From a virus, in IMG/VR virus record IMGVR_UViG_3300033273_000613, positions 7,689 to 71,688 of that record: a stretch of 64,000 nt of DNA, one strand, 5' to 3'. Made by a program: the position numbers and the translations under genes. Below the pieces are notes generated by a model. That model saw only the letters and a program-made list of their open reading frames with translations. It was not told the DNA's origin and did not search any database. Below, in pieces: positions 49,322 to 58,803 of this stretch. Numbering within the stretch: the first letter of the stretch is position 1; each line of letters starts with the position of its first letter.

Positions 49322-52300
49322 ACTATTCCTTCAAATAAATATTGACTGATAAATCTATTCAATGCACTTTTACCTACTTCTAAACCAAAATAAAATTGAT
49401 ACGGATTACCAACTTTGTAATTATTACCAGGTGGTAACTCGTCTAATTCAGGATCGTTTGGTGACGCATTAAAAATGTAACCATAGGATGGACCCGATTG
49501 TGGGACAACATATCCTGAACTACTAAGTGGTGAACTTTGATAATTTGCTGTGAATATTTCATCGGTATACCAGGAATTTAATTCGGTACCAAATAAACCA
49601 CCCTCCTTAATTTCCCATCTATAATATGGAACTAATTGTGATCCCGGATAACCGAAATAATTAGTAGGGCTTGTACTTGGATCCGTACCAAAAGTTGTTA
49701 TTCCAGGATTTAATACTTTTCTATTAATTAGTTCTGATTGAAACCATATACCTAATCTGTCTTCTTGAACCGTTACACTATCTACGTAGTTACCACCAAT
49801 ATATGGAATTACACCAAATTCAGAATTTATACTAAATAATTGTGCCAGATCACCATCAACTCTATCTTCATTGAATAATCCACTTTCATCCCTAGAGAAT
49901 AATCCTTTAACCGACGCATCTCCACTACTACGCATAAGTTCAATAAAATTAGCACTTACTAACCTACTTAATAGAAATAGATTTATGATATCTGAAACCT
50001 CTTGGTATGACGTACTTTCAATCTTATCTAACAGATAAGACTCAAATTCAGGTGAAAATATAACATCTTTCAAGAATGATTCTCTAGGTCCTAGGTCCAT
50101 GATCGTTGTTGGGAACCAGATATTTCTCTTATTTGCACCTGCCCAACTTTGACTCGGGGTTTGACCTATAAAGTTCCCATCATAATATGGTGTCGACCTG
50201 TAGAAAAATGAATTTGTATCAGTATTAAAGTAAAGTGGCCCATCATTCGCACCATACCTACCACAATAATCATAGTCTGAAACTTCATTAACATTATACA
50301 CATCTCTTTTTTGGAATGATGGTAAATACAATGAACCATTTAACCAGTTGTTTTGGAATACGTGACTTAATACTCCCCTACATATAGCAAAATTAAGTAT
50401 TATTCTAGCCCTATATTCGAATAACATATAAAGATCAATAGGTATTGATGCTATAAATGCAGGTAATACAAAGACGTAACATCCATTTTCAACCCTAAGA
50501 CCGAAATCAGCTAACCCAAAATCAGCCCCAGCAAGATTAATGACAGGTGCAATACAGGGATCTTCAATTGTAAAGTCTTCTCCGTTTCCTTGATAACATG
50601 ATAAAGCGACCATACCACTACATGTGAAACTTTCTGTTAAAGCGTTTAGTACTGGAGGTAGTTCGTCAGCCATATCACCCAAATTACCTGTTGATTCATT
50701 TTGTACGGTACCTTGAGCACCTCCGGTCTCAGCAGTAATTTGACCAATGTCACTTATTAGATAAACTCTAAATCCAGGATTCATATATAATGGTAGTCTT
50801 TGATCATATCTAGTAGTACCATCATTAGGGATTGTTATTGAATCTGACACTGGTAACCTATCAGATCTAAAAAATCTCAAATTATACATAGCAGTGTGAG
50901 GTGTATAATCGTTATAAAAGTATGTCCCGGCTATTGTACCACAATCACTTCTTTTTTGCATGTGACCAAAGGGTTGTGAAGCATTATTTATTGTTGATTT
51001 AGAGAATTGAAGGGATGCACCCTCAACCCTCTTATACCAGTTATGACTACCTGGAAAACCGTATCCTTGGAGTCCTATTAACCGGTTATTTAAACCGTTC
51101 GGATCACTAACGGGTAGAGGAGAGTTATAAGTTACACCTAAAAGTGCGGTATAACCATCAATGGTAATACCTTCATTATCGTATGTACTAAAATTTTGAT
51201 TAATTTTATCTGCCATCTGATAACCCAAAGAAGAATAGTTAGTAAACCCAGTTGTAACAAGAGGATCTAAGCTTCCAGTATCAGGATTAGTTGTCAAAAG
51301 ACTCATTTCATCGTCTATTATAAATGGTTTAAAAAATAGACTGTGTCCTGCAGCTCCTGAATTTGCTGCAATTTCAATATCTGCACCTCCACCAGCAGCA
51401 ACGTTATTTGTATCAAACCTCTGAGGACCTACGTTATAATTAAAAGTATAATGAGCAACAGGTGAAAAATAATCAACTACGTCATTTACCTGTGGGTTGT
51501 CTATAACATGTTTTTGAATTGGCATGTTCATGTAAAAATCCCCTTCAATTATGAAAGGAGTTTGTTGATTAGAAGTATTAAAACCGTAATTAATCGAACC
51601 TACACTACTTTGATAGAAAAAGAGTCTACTTAAGTTATATTTTATTTTTTGTCTAGGTGAGTGAACGTCGACACCCCTTGTCAAAAAATATACTTTTTGA
51701 TCTAGGAAATTTGGATATTTAATACCTATAGTTGAGTTAACCTCATAATAGGAAAGTAAACTATTCATTACTGTATTTGCATTTTCTCCACATACCGGAG
51801 GTTGATATTCTGGTGGCATCGCATTACCTCCAGTACACATAACCTTTTGTTCATAATTAAATATATAGTTATACAGTAGACTTGTAGTCTGGTTAATATA
51901 TGAAGCATTGAGCATAGTTTGAACCTCTTGGAGAGTATATCCTGTCAATACCTGAAAATACTCTATTCCTGCGGTGAATTTATAATCAGTAGTTGAAGCC
52001 GTATTAAAAAATTGAACATTAGCAGTCTGTTCTATACCATCCTCATCGATAAAATTAAATGTTCTAGTAAATAAAGATGTTTCATTATAAACGGTAGTCG
52101 CAGTTCTACCAAATCTTAAAAATTGATTTCCTTCAGGGTAATAATTTAAATTTCTATCTACATATGTTTCATCTTTAGGGTCTTGAAATGATAACAGTTG
52201 TCCGGCGTTAAAGTTGGTATCGGGATCAACTACCAATATTAATACTTGATCTGTCCATTTATCATTAGGACTAGTAGAAACAGATCCTCCACCCCCACCA

Positions 52301-54630
52301 AGTGCAACACCACCACCACTACTACCAGAATCAAATTGATCGTTAATCATTTCACCTTGGACAATATTTTGCATTCCACTGTTGTTTTTGAAATATCTTG
52401 CCCTCTGATTCATTAAGTTCAAATGCTGAGGATATGTAGGATTTTTCGCACATCTCCAGCTTATAATTCTATATGCACAATATTCAATTCCGTCACCTTC
52501 TAAATTTGGTGCCCATCCGAATTGTTCTGAAGGAAAAACTGGTGATCCATACCATCTAGCATATGCAGCCTCTCTACCTAAATTTGGTGCCGGTGGAACA
52601 TCATTTATAATCGTATTACCAGCAAAGGCCATCATCCTTTCGTCATTTTGTTCGTCAGTTAAAGGATCATAAAGTAAAAGTGGTAGGGTACTTTCATCAA
52701 TATATTCACCTGGTTCTAAACTGCCACATGTAAATCCGCTATATGCACTTATTTCATTGAAATCTGATAATGTACTCACATTTCTTACATTAGCCAATGC
52801 AGTGTTCAAGTTTGGATAAGCATTAGGATCTTGTGGTAAAGGAGTAATATTACAGTTACATGCCTCACAATCGGGATAAATAATCATGGGTAACTTTAGT
52901 CCCATAAATGGGTTATCATCCTCATCTCTTAGATCAACCTCTGGATCTTCACAATCTAAATCTGGTGCTAAATTTCTAAATGGGTAATTTAGAATACCCA
53001 TTTTTTTCTGTTTTATTTTACAAATAAATCTTCTTACCTTATTCATAAATCCAGTGATAAGATTAGATATCTTTATAAAAATTGGGTATAGCCACGCCAA
53101 AACATGATTAACACATATGATTACTATAACCATAGGTGTTACCAATCTAATCATTATATTGAAAACAAAGAAAAGAAAATCAAAATTTCTTACACCATCA
53201 TTAACAGGTAATTTATTTATACTCCCTTGGCACGTTCTGTCGTCAATCTCTTTTATACCTAGGTGTCTCGCCCTATTGATACCCCACTTAAATCTGTCGA
53301 TATGCGATGATACAGTGTAAACTTTATTATATGAAAATTTATAAAATGAGTCCTCACAAAGTATCGCAGCATCTTTATCATAGTAATCGTTCCAATCTAA
53401 TGAAAAAGCATATGATTTATTTGTGAATTCATCTTGAGGTCTTGAGAAAGTATTGGTCCAGTGTTCACGAACATTTGGTATGAGATAATTAGCTCTTAAT
53501 ATTGGCTTTTGTAATCCCCCATCTGATTGCCATTTTATCTTAAATCTATATTTTGCCTTACTAGGTATACCTACTGATGAATCGTTTGAAATTATTGTTT
53601 CACCAAATTCGTTCGTAGTTAAATAATCTAAATTCATAGGTAAATCTATAAGCCACGTACCAGCGTCATCTATTAAGTTACCATTATTTTCTAAATTATA
53701 TTGTTCTAATACTGGATCACCGTTTTCATCTAAATCAATTGTTTGTCTAATACACAAAATTTGACCTGGACTTGTAATCAAATCACATAAATTTCCAGTA
53801 TTAGGTTTTGGTTTACAGTTTTTCTTTAAAAAATCACTGTCATCAGTAGAAAACATAGATCCCATAAAAATAGCAGTCGGAACTATCTCATACCCCAACT
53901 CTCTTAAATCAAAATCAACCCTAGTTATACCAACATCACAAGTTTCATCATCACCCCAAAATGATGATACATCAATATCAACAACATCATGCACTATCTG
54001 TGGTAATGAATCTAGATTTTCTGAAGCTTTAAAAAACTGTCCGTCAAATTGAGTTTGTACCGCTTTACCCATTCTAATCAAATCTGGTGGTCTGAGAGAA
54101 AATTGACCTATATTAGATAAGTCCAAATCTAAGACTACCTTTTGTTGACCCAATGGGACTCCAACAATCATAAAATCACCAGAATTGTTTGTTTTTACGG
54201 TGTACTTATAATATTTTTCATATATATGTAACACCTCTTTTCTTGTAAGAACATCATTCCTAGATGGGAATGTTCCTGTTGGCGTGTGTGAAAAATTTTC
54301 TTTTTCGTAGGGTAAAAGATTATATCTATACCCATCTTCATTTTTGTCATTAGGAGTACGATAAGGGTATAGAGTAGATATTACTGGGTCATTCTCATCA
54401 ATACTGTCAATTGGAACAAAAACCGATACATTCGCGTTTGGTACACCGAATCCTCCATTAGCAACTACCCTACCTGTCACTACTCCATAATCTGCACAAA
54501 ATCTATTATAGACATCTTCTTGCCTTAACTTCAAAGATAATATCTCTAAGAAATCAAAATCTTGATCAATTTTTACCTTGAGGTTTCTATCGACACCAAT
54601 CTTCGTTTTTACTCTAATATTTTTTGGCAT
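49318..54630 (-). CDS. 1770-aa putative baseplate/tail-associated protein with hydrophobic helical segments
   Basis: Follows the gp6/J-like gene. N-terminal GVVTGRVVANGGFGVPNANVSVF resembles a carboxypeptidase-regulatory-like beta-sandwich. Hydrophobic FDFLFFVFNIMIRLVTPMVIVIICVNHVLAWLYPIFI. Confidence 0.7.
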   Translation of the reverse strand: MPKNIRVKTKIGVDRNLKVKIDQDFDFLEILSLKLRQEDVYNRFCADYGVVTGRVVANGGFGVPNANVSVFVPIDSIDENDPVISTLYPYRTPNDKNEDGYRYNLLPYEKENFSHTPTGTFPSRNDVLTRKEVLHIYEKYYKYTVKTNNSGDFMIVGVPLGQQKVVLDLDLSNIGQFSLRPPDLIRMGKAVQTQFDGQFFKASENLDSLPQIVHDVVDIDVSSFWGDDETCDVGITRVDFDLRELGYEIVPTAIFMGSMFSTDDSDFLKKNCKPKPNTGNLCDLITSPGQILCIRQTIDLDENGDPVLEQYNLENNGNLIDDAGTWLIDLPMNLDYLTTNEFGETIISNDSSVGIPSKAKYRFKIKWQSDGGLQKPILRANYLIPNVREHWTNTFSRPQDEFTNKSYAFSLDWNDYYDKDAAILCEDSFYKFSYNKVYTVSSHIDRFKWGINRARHLGIKEIDDRTCQGSINKLPVNDGVRNFDFLFFVFNIMIRLVTPMVIVIICVNHVLAWLYPIFIKISNLITGFMNKVRRFICKIKQKKMGILNYPFRNLAPDLDCEDPEVDLRDEDDNPFMGLKLPMIIYPDCEACNCNITPLPQDPNAYPNLNTALANVRNVSTLSDFNEISAYSGFTCGSLEPGEYIDESTLPLLLYDPLTDEQNDERMMAFAGNTIINDVPPAPNLGREAAYARWYGSPVFPSEQFGWAPNLEGDGIEYCAYRIISWRCAKNPTYPQHLNLMNQRARYFKNNSGMQNIVQGEMINDQFDSGSSGGGVALGGGGGSVSTSPNDKWTDQVLILVVDPDTNFNAGQLLSFQDPKDETYVDRNLNYYPEGNQFLRFGRTATTVYNETSLFTRTFNFIDEDGIEQTANVQFFNTASTTDYKFTAGIEYFQVLTGYTLQEVQTMLNASYINQTTSLLYNYIFNYEQKVMCTGGNAMPPEYQPPVCGENANTVMNSLLSYYEVNSTIGIKYPNFLDQKVYFLTRGVDVHSPRQKIKYNLSRLFFYQSSVGSINYGFNTSNQQTPFIIEGDFYMNMPIQKHVIDNPQVNDVVDYFSPVAHYTFNYNVGPQRFDTNNVAAGGGADIEIAANSGAAGHSLFFKPFIIDDEMSLLTTNPDTGSLDPLVTTGFTNYSSLGYQMADKINQNFSTYDNEGITIDGYTALLGVTYNSPLPVSDPNGLNNRLIGLQGYGFPGSHNWYKRVEGASLQFSKSTINNASQPFGHMQKRSDCGTIAGTYFYNDYTPHTAMYNLRFFRSDRLPVSDSITIPNDGTTRYDQRLPLYMNPGFRVYLISDIGQITAETGGAQGTVQNESTGNLGDMADELPPVLNALTESFTCSGMVALSCYQGNGEDFTIEDPCIAPVINLAGADFGLADFGLRVENGCYVFVLPAFIASIPIDLYMLFEYRARIILNFAICRGVLSHVFQNNWLNGSLYLPSFQKRDVYNVNEVSDYDYCGRYGANDGPLYFNTDTNSFFYRSTPYYDGNFIGQTPSQSWAGANKRNIWFPTTIMDLGPRESFLKDVIFSPEFESYLLDKIESTSYQEVSDIINLFLLSRLVSANFIELMRSSGDASVKGLFSRDESGLFNEDRVDGDLAQLFSINSEFGVIPYIGGNYVDSVTVQEDRLGIWFQSELINRKVLNPGITTFGTDPSTSPTNYFGYPGSQLVPYYRWEIKEGGLFGTELNSWYTDEIFTANYQSSPLSSSGYVVPQSGPSYGYIFNASPNDPELDELPPGNNYKVGNPYQFYFGLEVGKSALNRFISQYLFEGIV

Positions 54631-54643
54631 AAAAGATTTTTAT

Positions 54644-54651
54644 AATAAATA
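54644..54651 (-). promoter_or_regulatory. TATTTATT motif, candidate late promoter
   Basis: Intergenic, 13 nt upstream of the ATG at 54630. Confidence 0.4.
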
Positions 54652-54692
54652 GTTAAAGCAAAAATTTAGTAAAATAACTAAAAAAGTGTATA

Positions 54693-56531
54693 TTATGTAA
54701 ATTGAACCGTAGTTAAGTTTTTAACCCTAACTTTAATATCTTTATCGGGGAATCTAATTTGATATATTTGATTTGGTTCTGCGAAGATTATATCATCAAT
54801 TAATCTTATTTCCCTTGTTTGTGAATCTATATACTGTTGAGACGTTTCCGATGATGAATATCTTCCTCCGACTTTATTAAAAAATTTCAAATCCGCAATA
54901 TTTGTAATACCTGGTATATCTTGAATTATCCTACGTAAATCAGATACATTTATATTTTTTCCTAATTCATTATTCGTAGGTCTAAGATAATTAGATACTG
55001 TTGTAACGATATTTGTGATAACATCACCTTGATTTTGTGCAGAATCTAGAATTACTGAAGTCTCTAATTCTAGGTCTATAACTTTTGCACTAGAAATAGA
55101 TATATAATCATTGATCATTCTATAATTGGATAAATATTTCGCGATATTTTCCTTTAATGTGTTAGAAACTAACTCAGTTAAAGATCCGTTAGTATCATAT
55201 GACAATACTTGAATATTAATTTTATTATCCACTTCAGTTATAGACGCCTTAGCTGGTGATCCAAATCTACTTGGCATAGTCTTGATTAGTGAATTATAAT
55301 CATTAATTGTAACCGCTCTTTTTTGTGCTGAAAAATTATAAGAAACCATATTTCTCACTTCTTCAGTAGTAGGGAGATCTGCACCACCTATAGCCGCTGT
55401 AACATTATTACACCTCAAACTTTTAATCACATTTTGATTAACATTATCTGATGGACCATTTAGATTGAAATTGATAGTACCAACTTGATTTATAGTATTA
55501 ACACCTACATTTGATGTTTGACCACCACCTATTCTATATCTTACAAAAAGTGTCGTATTCGCCTTCACTGTAAGACCTAGTCCAATATTATTTTGGTAAT
55601 CCTGTAACCTCAGAGGTATTCCAGTTCTTGCAAACTGGGCCAACTGATCGTCTGGTGTTGTTGTACCACCACCAAACTGTATTTTACAATAACCTAATGG
55701 TGTGTATTCACTTATAAATCTATTTTCTGTTTGAATATATCGGCCAACTTTTATACCTGGATTATCACTTGTTTTAGTAGTATCTTCAATAAATACAGTA
55801 TCTTCAACAAGTGCATCAACTTCATACCATTTTGTTGGTGATGTTATAAATTCCTCATATGACGGAGGTGAGGTATAAGAGGTACCGTCTTTCTGTATAA
55901 TACCTGAAATTGATAGTACATTTTTTTCAGGTAAGAAAAATTCAAAAAATGGCTTTACGTCAGTTGGAGATATAACTCTTTTAAATGTTTTAGTAACTCC
56001 GTTAACAACAACTTCTCTTTTGGTAATAGTATAATTTATAAGTTTGTTGTTGTTGTCAAAATTTGGGATTTTGGTTCGATTTGGGAATCCTTTACTATTA
56101 TATTGTGATGCAAAATTAATTTCATCTACATTTTCGAATATTTGTCCACCACCAATAAATTGTGATCCTGGACGTATTAATCCTAAATATCTTTCATCCT
56201 CTGAGTCACCAAAGGCTGGAACAGTTATAGAAACATCTATTATTGCAACTGAAGGTCTATTACCTGGAATTTTTAATCCGTATGTTCTAGCAATATTATA
56301 AATCGATGATTTTTGTTGAGCGTATTGTAGAACAGTTTCTTGTATACTACGGTCTATATGATAATGTAAATTATCACCTATTGCAGCATTTAGATCTAAT
56401 AAAACAGAAAAAACGGATGCGTCGTTAAAATTATCAATAAGTTCAGGATAATACTGTTGTGTAAAATTAATTAGATCTTGTCTTAAACCTTCAAAATCTC
56501 TTTCCGTATAAGATATTTTTCTATTAGCCAT
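54693..56531 (-). CDS. Baseplate wedge subunit (T4 gp6 / baseplate J-like)
   Basis: YTERDFEGLRQDL, DNFNDAS, IARTYG, YRIGGG, AAIGGAD and QKRAVTINDY are gp6/J-type motifs; it follows the gp25-like gene. Confidence 0.85.
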   Translation of the reverse strand: MANRKISYTERDFEGLRQDLINFTQQYYPELIDNFNDASVFSVLLDLNAAIGDNLHYHIDRSIQETVLQYAQQKSSIYNIARTYGLKIPGNRPSVAIIDVSITVPAFGDSEDERYLGLIRPGSQFIGGGQIFENVDEINFASQYNSKGFPNRTKIPNFDNNNKLINYTITKREVVVNGVTKTFKRVISPTDVKPFFEFFLPEKNVLSISGIIQKDGTSYTSPPSYEEFITSPTKWYEVDALVEDTVFIEDTTKTSDNPGIKVGRYIQTENRFISEYTPLGYCKIQFGGGTTTPDDQLAQFARTGIPLRLQDYQNNIGLGLTVKANTTLFVRYRIGGGQTSNVGVNTINQVGTINFNLNGPSDNVNQNVIKSLRCNNVTAAIGGADLPTTEEVRNMVSYNFSAQKRAVTINDYNSLIKTMPSRFGSPAKASITEVDNKINIQVLSYDTNGSLTELVSNTLKENIAKYLSNYRMINDYISISSAKVIDLELETSVILDSAQNQGDVITNIVTTVSNYLRPTNNELGKNINVSDLRRIIQDIPGITNIADLKFFNKVGGRYSSSETSQQYIDSQTREIRLIDDIIFAEPNQIYQIRFPDKDIKVRVKNLTTVQFT

Positions 56532-56536
56532 GTTTG

Positions 56537-57016
56537 TTATATATTAATAATTATAAAGTCTCTACTTTCAAAAGAATCATTTTGTATTGTGTAATCAATT
56601 CTTAATTTTGCAGTATATTCTTCTGTACCTCTCCCGGGTAATCTATATATGTCAAAGATATCATATGTCTGTTCTTCATTTGGTCTATTAACATTACCTA
56701 TCAATCTTTTATCATCTTCATTATATGGTTCTATTGAGATGTTATTGACCTGAACATTTGGTATATAGGTGTTGACAGCTGTTTTAATATCTTCCCTAAT
56801 TAAATCGAATGAAGTCCCATCCATAGGTTCGAATATAAATTCATAAATACGAGTTCCAAAGTCAGGTAAATAATACCTACTTCCTTTTCTACTCAAAATT
56901 AAATGGATCAAGTTTGACCTTATCTCTTCATCAGGATTTTGTGATAAGGAAAGATATTTCCCATCAATACTTTGTCTGAATGGAAAATTTATACCGTATG
57001 TTTTACCGTCTGCCAT
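56537..57016 (-). CDS. Baseplate wedge/sheath initiator, gp25-like
   Basis: IRSNLIHLILSRKGSRYYLPDFGTRIYEFIFEP is the GPW/gp25 signature. Confidence 0.9.
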   Translation of the reverse strand: MADGKTYGINFPFRQSIDGKYLSLSQNPDEEIRSNLIHLILSRKGSRYYLPDFGTRIYEFIFEPMDGTSFDLIREDIKTAVNTYIPNVQVNNISIEPYNEDDKRLIGNVNRPNEEQTYDIFDIYRLPGRGTEEYTAKLRIDYTIQNDSFESRDFIIINI

Positions 57017-57020
57017 TTAA

Positions 57021-57028
57021 TATAAATA
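57021..57028 (-). promoter_or_regulatory. TATTTATA motif, candidate late promoter heading the structural module
   Basis: TATTTATA-N4-ATG(57016), directly downstream of the terminator. Confidence 0.6.
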
Positions 57029-57044
57029 CATAACAAATTTTTTT

Positions 57045-57074
57045 AATAAAAAAACCCATCTTTTGATGGGTTTT
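57045..57074 (-). terminator. Rho-independent terminator after nrdA
   Basis: Minus strand reads AAAACCCATC-AAAA-GATGGGTTTT then TTTATT, starting 5 nt after the nrdA stop. Confidence 0.85.
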
Positions 57075-57079
57075 AATTC

Positions 57080-58786
57080 TTAACCTTCACAAGCCACACA
57101 TTGTAGATCATTTAGATTTAATTTTTTTCTAGCAAATGCCTGTGCCGAATTCATTGAATGTTGATAATAAAGTGTCTTAACTCCCAACTTCCAAGAATCG
57201 ATAAGTAATTTATTCACATCTTTTGTTGGCATGTCAGGAGACACCATCAAATTCAACGATTGTGATTGGTCTATAAAATCCTGTCTTATAGCTGCCTGAT
57301 TTATTATAGATGCCTGATTTATTTCTGCAAAAGTTCTAAATACCTCTTTCTGTTCGTCAGTTAAAAAATCCAAATGTTGTACTGAACCATCATTTTTCTT
57401 AATACTATTCCAAGTTGTTTTAGTATTTTTACCAATATCAATTAACAGTCTCTCTAATATTGGATTTTTAATAGTAACTTTCATTTTAGCAACATCTTTT
57501 ACATAACAGTTTGACCATATAGGTTCAATTGACTGTGATACTTGACCTAAAATAAAGGCTGATGATGTTGTAGGTGCAATCGCATTTAGTGTTACATTTC
57601 TTCTACCGTATCCCTCAAGATATTCTGGTTCACCATATTTTTCAGCTAACTCACTGGACGCATTATATGATTTTTCTTTAATTAATTTAAATACTTCAAC
57701 ATTTAATTTAGCCGTATCTCTACTGTCAAAGGGTAAATTTTTTGATTGTAGTAGTGAATGCCATCCTAAAACTCCCAATCCTAAAGCTCTTTGTCTTTTT
57801 GCAAAGTTGTATGATTTTTCTAAATAAAAAAATGCTCTTTTACCTTCTATTGTACCATTATCTCTAATTTCTTCGATCTTAGATAGAAACTCTGTAACAA
57901 CTGCATCTAGGAAATATGTCAACACCTCAACAGCGTCAGTATCTTTCCACTCATCATAATGTAACAAATTCATAGAAGATAAAACACAAACAAAAGATTC
58001 TTCCTCTGAATTATGTAAAGCAATCTCTGAACAAAGATTAGAATTATATATTTTTGCACCTTTATCTTGATACACTTCAGGTGATTTTTTATTCATTGTA
58101 TCGGTAAACATAATATATGGGTAACCGATTTCACCTCTCCTTTGGATAACTTTCGCCCATACTGCTCTTTTATCCTGATCACCTTCGATCATCTCTCTCA
58201 TAAATTCATCTGTTACAGTGACTGCATGTGTTAAATCTTGAATTGGAAATCCTTCGGTACCAATTTCTAAAAATTCGAGAATATCTGGATGTTCTATAGG
58301 TAGATATGGTGAGAATCTACCTCTTCTAGTTGATCCTTGTGAGATATTATCAACTACACTTTCGAAGAGATTCATAAAGTGAACTGCTCCAGGTGCATGA
58401 CCATTATCAGTAACTTCAGATCCTCTACCTCTAATGTTACCAAAATAACCAGAAGTTCCTCCACCCATTTTACTCATTTCACCAACCTCAGCCTGTGTGT
58501 ATAGTATAGATTCTATATTGTCACCAATATTAGATCCAAAACAACTTACTGGTAATCCTCTTTTTTTACCAAAGTTTGCCCAAACTGGTGATGATAAAGA
58601 ATACCATCCTTTACCCATATACTCATAAAACTTTTCAGCAAATCCATCAATATCCAACAATTTTTCTGCATGGTTTGCTATTGTCTTTATTCTTTCGAGG
58701 GGTTCCTCACCCTCACTCAAGTAACCTCTTCTTAAGAATGTTACTGATTCTTCATTTATCCAATCAAATGGTACTCTTTCTTTCAT
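57080..58786 (-). CDS. nrdA: Class I ribonucleotide reductase alpha subunit, minimal form without ATP-cone (class Id-like)
   Basis: PVSCF, SNLCSEI (NxCxE), CVLSS, AIAPT, KTLYY and C-terminal CVACEG; only 568 aa. Confidence 0.95.
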   Translation of the reverse strand: MKERVPFDWINEESVTFLRRGYLSEGEEPLERIKTIANHAEKLLDIDGFAEKFYEYMGKGWYSLSSPVWANFGKKRGLPVSCFGSNIGDNIESILYTQAEVGEMSKMGGGTSGYFGNIRGRGSEVTDNGHAPGAVHFMNLFESVVDNISQGSTRRGRFSPYLPIEHPDILEFLEIGTEGFPIQDLTHAVTVTDEFMREMIEGDQDKRAVWAKVIQRRGEIGYPYIMFTDTMNKKSPEVYQDKGAKIYNSNLCSEIALHNSEEESFVCVLSSMNLLHYDEWKDTDAVEVLTYFLDAVVTEFLSKIEEIRDNGTIEGKRAFFYLEKSYNFAKRQRALGLGVLGWHSLLQSKNLPFDSRDTAKLNVEVFKLIKEKSYNASSELAEKYGEPEYLEGYGRRNVTLNAIAPTTSSAFILGQVSQSIEPIWSNCYVKDVAKMKVTIKNPILERLLIDIGKNTKTTWNSIKKNDGSVQHLDFLTDEQKEVFRTFAEINQASIINQAAIRQDFIDQSQSLNLMVSPDMPTKDVNKLLIDSWKLGVKTLYYQHSMNSAQAFARKKLNLNDLQCVACEG

Positions 58787-58803
58787 TTTTATTATATATC
58801 GTA

